From assembly GCA_032718475.1 (NCBI GenBank), contig JAUCBJ010004255.1:1-48648 (forward strand): 48,648 bases of DNA, given 5' to 3'. Below are positions 36,201-45,835 of the stretch, one piece after another. Below the pieces are notes generated by a model, which saw nothing but the letters and a program-made list of their open reading frames with translations, ran no database searches and was not told the origin of the DNA. Made by a program: the position numbers and the translations under genes. This DNA comes from Nemertoderma westbladi (taxonomy: Eukaryota > Animalia > Xenacoelomorpha). Position 1 is the first letter of the stretch. Each line of letters opens with the position of its first letter.

Positions 36201-39062
36201 CTGAGTATGGTGAGTCAACATAGCCAACGTAGTGTTACTGAGTATGATGAGTCAACGTAGTGCTACTGAGTATGGTGAGTCAACATAGCCAACGTAGTGT
36301 TACTGAGTATGGTGAGTCAACATAGCCAACGTAGTGCTACTGAGTATGGTGAGTCAACGTAGTGTTACTGAGTATGGTGAGTCAACGTAGTGCTACTGAG
36401 TATGGTGAGTCAACATAGCCAACGTAGTGTTACTGAGTATGGTGAGTCAACATAGCCAACGTAGTGTTACTGAGTATGGTGAGTCAACATAGCCAGCGTA
36501 GTGCTACTGAGTATGGTGAGTCAACGTAGTGTTACTGAGTATGGTGGGTCAACATAGCCAACGTAGTGTTACTGAGTATGGTGAGTCAACGTAGTGCTAC
36601 TGAGTATGGTGAGTCAACATAGCCAACGTAGTGTTACTGAGTATGGTGAGTCAACGTAGTGTTACTGAGTATGGTGAGTCAACATAGCCAACGTAGTGTT
36701 ACTGAGTATGGTGAGTCAACGTAGTGCTACTGAGTATGTTGAGTCAACATAGCCAACGTAGTGTTACTGAGTATGGTGAGTCAACGTAGTGCTACTGAGT
36801 ATGGTGAGTCAACATAGCCAACGTAGTGTTACTGAGTATGGTGAGTCAACGTAGTGCTACTGAGTATGGTGAGTCAACATAGCCAACGTAGTGTTACTGA
36901 GTAAGGCGAGTCAACGTAGTGCTACTGAGTATGATGAGTCAACATAGCCAACGTAGTGTTACTGAGTATGGTGAGTCAACGTAGTGCTACTGAGTATGGT
37001 GAGTCAACATAGCCAACGTAGTGTTACTGAGTATGGTGAGTCAACGTAGTGCTACTGAGTATGGTGAGCCAACGAGTGCTACTGAGTATGGTGAGTCAAC
37101 GTAGTGCTACTGAGTATGGTGAGTCAACATAGCCAACGTAGTGTTACTGAGTATGGTGAGTCAACGTAGTGCTACTGAGTATGGTGAGTCAACGTAGTGC
37201 TACTGAGTATGGTGAGTCAACGTAGTGCTACTGAGCATGGTGAGTCAACGTAGTGCTACTGAGTATGATGAGTCAACGTAGTGCTACTGAGTATGGTGAG
37301 TCAACGTAGTGCTACTGAGTATGGTGAGTCAACATAGCCAACGTAGTGCTACTGAGTATGGTGAGTCAACGTAGTGCTACTGAGTATGGTGAGTCAACGT
37401 AGTGCTACTGAGCATGGTGAGTCAACGTAGTGCTACTGAGTATGATGAGTCAACGTAGTGCTACTGAGTATGGTGAGTCAACGTAGTGCTACTGAGTATG
37501 GTGAGTCAACATAGCCAACGTAGTGTTACTGAGTATGGTGAGTCAACGTAGTGCTACTGAGTATGGTGAGTCAACGTATTGCTACTGAGTATGGTGAGTC
37601 AACGTAGTGCTACTGAGCATGGTGAGTCAACGTAGTGCTACTGAGTGTGGTGAGTCAACATAGCCAACGTAGTGCTACTGAGTATGGTGAGTCAACATAG
37701 CCAACGTAGTGTTACTGAGTATGGTGAGTCAACATAGCCAACGTAGTGTTACTGAGTATGGTGAGTCAACGAGTGCTACTGAGTATGGTGAGTCAACGTA
37801 GTGCTACGGAGTATGGTTTGTCAACGTAGTGCTACTAAGTATGGTGAGTCAACGTAGTGCTACTGAATATGGTGAGTCAACGTAGTGCTACTGAGTATGG
37901 TGAGTCAACGTAGTGCTACTGAGTATGGTGAGCCAACGAGTGCTACTGAATATGGTGAGTCAACGTAGTGCTACTGAGTATGGTGAGTCAACGTAGTGCT
38001 ACTAAGTATGGTGAGCCAATGAGTGCTACTGAGTATGGTGAGTCAACGTAGTGCTACTGAATAAGGTGAGTCAACATAGCCAACTTAGTGCTACTGAGTA
38101 TGGTGAGCCAACGAGTGCTACTGAGTATGGTGAGTCAACGTAGTGCTACTGAGTATGGTGAGTCAACGTAGTGCTACTGAGTATGGTGAGCCAACGAGTG
38201 CTACTGAATATGGTGAGTCAACGTAGTGCTACTGAGTATGGTGAGTCAACGTAGTGCTACTGAGTATGGTGAGCCAATGAGTGCTACTGAGTATGGTGAG
38301 TCAACGTAGTGCTACTGAATATGGTGAGTCAACATAGCCAACTTAGTGCTACTGAGTATGGTGAGCCAACGAGTGCTACTGAGTATGGTTTTTCAACGTA
38401 GTGCTACTGAGTATGGTGAGTCAACATAGCTAACGTAGTGCTACTGAGTATGGTGAGTCAACGTAGTGCTACTGAGTATGGTGAGTCAACGTAGTCGTAG
38501 TGCTACTGAGTATGGTGAGTCAACGTAGCCAACGTAGTGCTACTGAGTATGGTGAGCCAGCGAGTGCTACTGAGTATGGTGAGCCAACGAGTGCTACTGA
38601 GTATGGTGAGTCAACATAGCCAACGTAGTGCTACTGAGTATGGTGAGCCGAAGAGTGCTACTGAGTACGGTGAATCAACGTAGTGCTACTGAGTATGGTG
38701 AGCCAACGAGTGCTACTGAGTATGGTGAGTCAACGTAGTGCTACTGAGTATGGTAAGTAAACGTAGCTAACGTAGAGCTACTGAGTATGGTAAGTCAACG
38801 TAGTGCTACTGAGTATGGTGAGTTAATATAGCCAACGTAGTGCTACTGAGTTTGGATAGTCAACGTAGTGTTACTGAGTATGGTAAGTCAACGTAGCTAA
38901 CGTAGTTCTACTGAATATGGTGAGTCAACGCAGTGCTACTGAGTATGGTGAGTCAACGTAATGCTACTGAGTATGGTGAGTCAACATAGCCAACGTAGTG
39001 CTACTGAGTATGGATAGTCAACGTAGTGTTACTGAGTATGGTGAGTCAACATAGCCAACGTA
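33263..39062 (+). repeat. Tandem array (left part) of 28-bp and 37-bp units = exon end + 5' splice site
   Basis: Unit aacgtagtg(t/c)tactgagtatg|gtgagtc (28 bp), optionally with aacatagcc (37 bp). The first copy is the coding end of exon 33091-33292. Confidence 0.97.
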
Positions 39063-40753
39063 TCATACCCGTAGCCAACATATCCGGGGCGACGTCCGGG
39101 ACGCCTCCCGCACCATCCGGGAAGCCGTCCGGGGTGCCTCCCGCGCCGTCCGGGACGCCTCCAGCACCGGTCCTTCACAAATTTTGTGACGTAACGAGCG
39201 ACGGCGTTGAAAAACTGATAAGCGACTCGAAGTCAAAATCAAGTCCACGTGACCCGATTCCAACCAGCATACTAAAGATGTCCTTAAAACCACTATTGAT
39301 GGTCATTACATTGATAATTAACTTATCTTTACGAACTGGAACTGTGGCTTCGCGTTTCAAAGAAGCAATTCTCACACCAATACTAAAGAAATTGCGATTA
39401 GACCCGGAAATACTCAATCACTTTAGACCGGTTTCGAACTTACTGTACATTTCCAAATTAACTGAGAAGGTGGTGGTAGAGCAGTTAAAGCACCACATGA
39501 ATCTGAACGGTCTGCATGAACCCTACCAGAGTGCCTACCGCCCATTACACGGTACGGAAACTGCTTTGTTATCTGTTGCTGATACGGTACTTCGTGGAAT
39601 TGACGATGGTTCGGTGTGTTTGTTTATCACACTTGATTTAAGCGCGGCATTCGACACGGTTGAACATAGCAAACTATTGCAGATACTTAAACACGACATT
39701 GGCATTGATGGCGTCGCCCTTAAATGGTTCGTATCATATCTATCGGAGCGCTCGCAACAGGTGCGTATTGGGAATACATATTCCATCGCAAAGCACCTCC
39801 GCTATGGACTACCACAGGGTTCGGTATTGGGTCCGATTCTGTTTACGGTATACACGCGTTCACTATCAGCTGTAATAAAGCGGCATGGTCTACATTGTCA
39901 TTTCTACGCGGATGATACCCAATTATATTTGATTTTCAAGCCAATTGAATTAAACAGCGCTGTAAAAGTAACTGAGAGTTGCCTCGTGGATGTGCTGGAG
40001 TGGATGGATAAAAACTACTTAAAAATGAATTCCGATAAAACTAAAGTCCTGTTATTGCAGTCCAGGTTCGGCATCCAGCAGGACCCCCCAGTACTGACCA
40101 TTGGGAGCGACATAATATCGTGCAGCCCAAACGTTCGCAATATCGGGTTCGAATTAGACTCTCAGCTTACAATGTGCAAGCAAATAGGAATCACCGTTCG
40201 TGAGGCATTCTTCCATTTAAGGAATCTTTCAAAGATAAAGCGATACGTCAACAAACAAAACATGGAAATACTTATACACGCACTTGTAACATCAAAGCTT
40301 GACGCCAATAATTCTCTCTACTACGGTCTGCCAAAAAAATCCATTCAGAAACTACAGTACGTTCAAAACTCCGCGGCTCGACTTCTATGTGGTGTAAAGA
40401 AGAGGGACCATATAACTCCAACCCTAAAAGCATTGCACTGGTTACCTATAGTTCGCCGTATAGACTTTAAAATTGCCTTGCTAACTTGGAAATGCGTAAA
40501 TAACTGTGCCCCGAAGTATCTAAGCGACTTACTAACTCCGTACCTACCCATCCGCGAGATGCGATCCAGCGGGCTGGGTTTACTCGTGGCCCCTCGCTAC
40601 AATACGGAACATTATGGTAGGCGATCGTTCTCCATTGCTGCTCCAACTGTATGGAACGCATTGCCTCCGGCCATACGCGAATCATCGAATGTGGGCATTT
40701 TTAAGAAACGTCTAAAAACTCACCTGTACAATCTGGAATACCACGTAAACTAG
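39026..40753 (+). CDS. LINE reverse transcriptase (ORF2 C-terminal part), uninterrupted 575-codon frame
   Basis: Motifs FRPVSNL, QSAYRPLHGTETAL, LDLSAAFDTV, GLPQGSVLGPILF and YADDTQLY, plus the L2-type tail HITPTLKALHWLP...FSIAAPTVWNALP...FKKRLKTHL. The first 12 codons are satellite-derived. Confidence 0.92.
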   Translation: MLLSMVSQHSQRIIPVANISGATSGTPPAPSGKPSGVPPAPSGTPPAPVLHKFCDVTSDGVEKLISDSKSKSSPRDPIPTSILKMSLKPLLMVITLIINLSLRTGTVASRFKEAILTPILKKLRLDPEILNHFRPVSNLLYISKLTEKVVVEQLKHHMNLNGLHEPYQSAYRPLHGTETALLSVADTVLRGIDDGSVCLFITLDLSAAFDTVEHSKLLQILKHDIGIDGVALKWFVSYLSERSQQVRIGNTYSIAKHLRYGLPQGSVLGPILFTVYTRSLSAVIKRHGLHCHFYADDTQLYLIFKPIELNSAVKVTESCLVDVLEWMDKNYLKMNSDKTKVLLLQSRFGIQQDPPVLTIGSDIISCSPNVRNIGFELDSQLTMCKQIGITVREAFFHLRNLSKIKRYVNKQNMEILIHALVTSKLDANNSLYYGLPKKSIQKLQYVQNSAARLLCGVKKRDHITPTLKALHWLPIVRRIDFKIALLTWKCVNNCAPKYLSDLLTPYLPIREMRSSGLGLLVAPRYNTEHYGRRSFSIAAPTVWNALPPAIRESSNVGIFKKRLKTHLYNLEYHVN

Positions 40754-41327
40754 TGTCCTATATTACGCTGTGCATATGAAGTTAAATCTAAACTAAACAT
40801 TATTTATTTGTTTTTATGGACGACTGACATTTTTTAATTAATTACTTTCAATTTTAAATTTAATTTTAACTTAAGTACTGGATGTATACACGATTGTTTT
40901 TAACATCAATATATTTTAAATCTTAAAAAGTCCACCATAACAGTTGTTTTTATTGTTTGTTTTTACTATTAATTTTAATTCATTATCACTGCCATTATAT
41001 TCTATTCTGCCATTAATTACATTTTAATTTAACCCGCACTGGAATGCTTGCGTTGATCGTTTTTTTATTGTTTGTTTTTTACTATATGCTACAATATTTA
41101 CGATGATCGTTTTTATTGTTTGTTTTTACTATATTTTATGATGTTTTTATTGTTGGTTTTTAATTACTACATTATTTTAGTTGATTTTTTATTTCATAAC
41201 TATTGCTATTGCAGTCACGAACTATTAATTACTGTGTACTATGTGTTGTCAGCGCCTTAGAGTACGTATATTATGTAAATTTGGCGCTATATAAATAAAT
41301 ATATATTATTATTATTATTATTATTAT
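39063..41327 (+). mobile_element. 5'-truncated non-LTR retrotransposon, L2 clade (CR1/L2 group), inserted in the donor-site satellite
   Basis: RT ORF, then an AT-rich 3' UTR ending in agcgcc...ggcgctatataaat and a (TAT)n tail. Flanked by AACGTA on both sides (39057-39062, 41328-41333), consistent with a short TSD. No endonuclease domain or ORF1 is visible. Confidence 0.9.
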
Positions 41328-44300
41328 AACGTAGTGCTACGGAGTATGGTGAGTCAACGTAGTGCTACTGAGTATGGTGAGTCAACATAGCCAATGTAGT
41401 GCTACTGAGTATGGTGATTCAACATAGCCAACGTAGTGCTACGGAGTATGGTGAGTCAACATAGCCAACGTAGTGCTACGGAGTATGGTGAGTCAACGTG
41501 GTGCTACTGAGTATGGGGAGTCAACATAGCTAACGTAGTGCTACTGAGTATGGTGAGTCAACGTAGTGCTACTGAGTATGGTGCAACGTAGTGCTACTGA
41601 GTATGGTGAGCCAACGAGTGCTACTGAGTATGGTGAGTCAACATAGCCAACGTAGTGCTACGGAGTATGGTTTGTCAACGTAGTGCTACTGAGTATGGTG
41701 AATCAACATAGCCAACGTAGTGTTACTGAGTATGGTGAGTCAACGTAGTGCTACTGAGTATGGTGAGTCAACATAGCCAACGTAGTTCTACTGAGTATGG
41801 TGAGCCAACGAGTGCTACTGAGTATGGTGAGTCAACGTAGTCAACGTAGTGTTACTGAGTATGGTGAGTCAATGTAGTGCTACTGAGTATGGCGAGTCAA
41901 CGTAGTGCTACTGAGTACTGAGTATGGTGAGCCAACGAGTGCTACTGAGTATGGTGAGTCAACGTAGTGTTACTGAGTATGGTGAGTCAACATAGCCAAC
42001 GTAGTGCTACTGAGTATGGTGAGTCAACATAGCCAACGTAGTGTTACTGAGTATGGTGAGTCAACGAGTGCTACTGAGTATGGTGAGTCAACGTAGTGCT
42101 ACGGAGTATGGTTTGTCAACGTAGTGCTACTGAGTATGGTGAGTCAACGTAGTGCTACGGAGTATGGTTTGTCAACGTAGTGCTACTGAGTATGGCGAGT
42201 CAACGTAGTGCTACTGAGTACTGAGTATGGTGAGCCAACGAGTGCTACTGAGTATGGTGAGTCAACGTAGTGTTACTGAGTATGGTGAGTCAACATAGCC
42301 AACGTAGTGCTACTGAGTATGGTGAGTCAACATAGCCAACGTAGTGTTACTGAGTATGGTGAGTCAACGAGTGCTACTGAGTATGGTGAGTCAACGTAGT
42401 GCTACGGAGTATGGTTTGTCAACGTAGTGCTACTGAGTATGGCGAGTCAACGTAGTGCTACTGAGTACTGAGTATGGTGAGCCAACGAGTGCTACTGAGT
42501 ATGGTGAGTCAACGTAGTGTTACTGAGTATGGTGAGTCAACATAGCCAACGTAGTGCTACTGAGTATGGTGAGTCAACATAGCCAATGTAGTGCTACTGA
42601 GTATGGTGATTCAACATAGCCAACGTAGTGCTACGGAGTATGGTGAGTCAACATAGCCAACGTAGTGCTACGGAGTATGGTGAGTCAACGTGGTGCTACT
42701 GAGTATGGGGAGTCAACATAGCTAACGTAGTGCTACTGAGTATGGTGAGTCAACGTAGTGCTACTGAGTATGGTGCAACGTAGTGCTACTGAGTATGGTG
42801 AGCCAACGAGTGCTACTGAGTATGGTGAGTCAACATAGCCAACGTAGTGCTACGGAGTATGGTTTGTCAACGTAGTGCTACTGAGTATGGTGAATCAACA
42901 TAGCCAACGTAGTGTTACTGAGTATGGTGAGTCAACGTAGTGCTACTGAGTATGGTGAGTCAACATAGCCAACGTAGTTCTACTGAGTATGGTGAGCCAA
43001 CGAGTGCTACTGAGTATGGTGAGTCAACGTAGTCAACGTAGTGTTACTGAGTATGGTGAGTCAATGTAGTGCTACTGAGTATGGCGAGTCAACGTAGTGC
43101 TACTGAGTACTGAGTATGGTGAGCCAACGAGTGCTACTGAGTATGGTGAGTCAACGTAGTGTTACTGAGTATGGTGAGTCAACATAGCCAACGTAGTGCT
43201 ACTGAGTATGGTGAGTCAACATAGCCAACGTAGTGTTACTGAGTATGGTGAGTCAACGAGTGCTACTGAGTATGGTGAGTCAACGTAGTCAACGTAGTGT
43301 TACTGAGTATGGTGAGTCAATGTAGTGCTACTGAGTATGGCGAGTCAACATAGCCAACGTAGTTCTACTGAGTATGGTGAGCCAACGAGTGCTACTGAGT
43401 ATGGTGAGTCAACGTAGTCAACGTAGTGTTACTGAGTATGGTGAGTCAATGTAGTGCTACTGAGTATGGCGAGTCAACGTAGTGCTACTGAGTACTGAGT
43501 ATGGTGAGCCAACGAGTGCTACTGAGTATGGTGAGTCAACGTAGTGTTACTGAGTATGGTGAGTCAACATAGCCAACGTAGTGCTACTGAGTATGGTGAG
43601 TCAACATAGCCAACGTAGTGTTACTGAGTATGGTGAGTCAATGTAGTGCTACTGAGTATGGCGAGTCAACGTAGTGCTACTGAGTACTGAGTATGGTGAG
43701 CCAACGAGTGCTACTGAGTATGGTGAGTCAACGTAGTGTTACTGAGTATGGTGAGTCAACATAGCCAACGTAGTGCTACTGAGTATGGTGAATCAACATA
43801 GCCAACGTAGTGTTACTGAGTATGGTGAGTCAACGTAGTGCTACTGAGTATGGTGAGTCAACATAGCCAACGTAGTGCTACTGAGTATGGTGAGTCAACA
43901 TAGCCAACGTAGTGTTACTGAGTATGGTGAGTCAATGTAGTGCTACTGAGTATGGCGAGTCAACGTAGTGCTACTGAGTACTGAGTATGGTGAGCCAACG
44001 AGTGCTACTGAGTATGGTGAGTCAACGTAGTGTTACTGAGTATGGTGAGTCAACATAGCCAACGTAGTGCTACTGAGTATGGTGAGTCAACATAGCCAAC
44101 GTAGTGTTACTGAGTATGGTGAGTCAACGAGTGCTACTGAGTATGGTGAGTCAACGTAGTGCTACGGAGTATGGTTTGTCAACGTAGTGCTACTGAGTAT
44201 GGTGAGTCAACGTAGTGCTACGGAGTATGGTTTGTCAACGTAGTGCTACTGAGTATGGCGAGTCAACGTAGTGCTACTGAGTACTGAGTATGGTGAGCCA

Positions 44301-45540
44301 ACGAGTGCTACTGAGTATGGTGAGTCAACGTAGTGCTACGGAGTATGGTTTGTCAACGTAGAGCTACTGAGTATGGTGAGTCAACGTAGTGCTACGGAGT
44401 ATGGTTTGTCAACGTAGTGCTACTGAGTATGGCGAGTCAACGTAGTGCTACTGAGTACTGAGTATGGTGAGCCAACGAGTGCTACTGAGTATGGTGAGTC
44501 AACGTAGTGCTACTGAGTATGGTGAGTCAACATAGCCAACGTAGTGTTACTGAGTATGGTGAGTCAACGAGTGCTACTGAGTATGGTGAGTCAACGTAGT
44601 GCTACGGAGTATGGTTTGTCAACGTAGTGTTACTGAGTATGGTGAGTCAACATAGCCAACGTAGTGTTGCTGAGTATGGTGAGCCAACGAGTGCTACTGA
44701 GTATGGTGAGTCAACATAGCCAACGTAGTTCTACTGGGTATGGTGAGCCAACGAGTGCTACTGAGTATGGTGAGTCAACGTAGCTAACGTAGTGCTACTG
44801 AGTATGGTGAGTCAACGTAGTGCTACTGAGTATGGTGCAACGTAGTGCTACTGAGTATGGTGAGCCAACGAGTGCTACTGAGTATGGTGAGTCAACGTAG
44901 TGCTACTGAGTATGGTGAGTCAACATAGCCAACGTAGTTCTACTGAGTATGGTGAGCCAACGAGTGCTACTGAGTATGGTGAGTCAACGTAGTCAACGTA
45001 GTGTTACTGAGTATGGTGAGTCAATGTAGTGCTACTGAGTATGGCGAGTCAACGTAGTGCTACTGAGTACTGAGTATGGTGAGCCAACGAGTGCTACTGA
45101 GTATGGTGAGTCAACGTAGTGTTACTGAGTATGGTGAGTCAACATAGCCAACGTAGTGCTACTGAGTATGGTGAGCCAACGAGTGCTACTGAGTATGGTG
45201 AGTCAACGTAGTGCTACTGAGTATGGTGAGTCAACATAGCCAACGTAGTTCTACTGAGTATGGTGAGCCAACGATTGCTACTGAGTATGGTGAGACAACG
45301 TAGTCAACGTAGTGTTACTGAGTATGGTGAGTCAACATAGCTAACGTAGTGCTACTGAGTATGGTGAGTCAACATAGCCAACGTAGTGCTACTGAGTATG
45401 GTGAGTCAACGTAGTGTTACTGAGTATGGTAAGTGAACGTAGCTAACGTAGTGCTACTGAGTATGGTTAGCCAACGTAGTGCTACTGAGTTTGGTGAGTC
45501 AACGTAGCCAACGTAGTGTTGCTGATTATGGTAAATCAAT
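41328..45540 (+). repeat. Tandem array (right part) of the same 28/37-bp donor unit
   Basis: Resumes in register after the LINE tail and degenerates near 45430-45540 (gtaagt, gttagc, gtaaat variants). Confidence 0.97.
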
Positions 45541-45679
45541 TGAGTGTAGAGAGGCCATCTCGCAGTGATGTGAGTCTCTGTCTCAGATGGTTAATTTAAT
45601 TCCCGACGCTTAAAGATTATTTATCTTTCTGCCAATAGATTTTGGAAACTTTTTAGGAAGTATTTACTTTATTTTACAG

Positions 45680-45835
45680 TTACACCTACCAGAAAGGATT
45701 CCAGTCCACTTCCACTCCTCCTACACTCCCATAGCAGCTGCCGGTGGGGGAATGCAGATCAAACACGTAACTCGTCTCCTAGCAACTCAAATGACGGCCG
45801 CTGGGATCGGGCCGGGGATCGAATTTGTTGCTAAA
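45680..45835 (+). CDS. SYMPK: Symplekin exon (source of the 45-bp satellite unit)
   Basis: Acceptor attttacag|. [52 protein letters not shown] matches [51 protein letters not shown]. Likely donor AAA|gttagt; read-through hits TAG after 7 codons. Confidence 0.92.
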
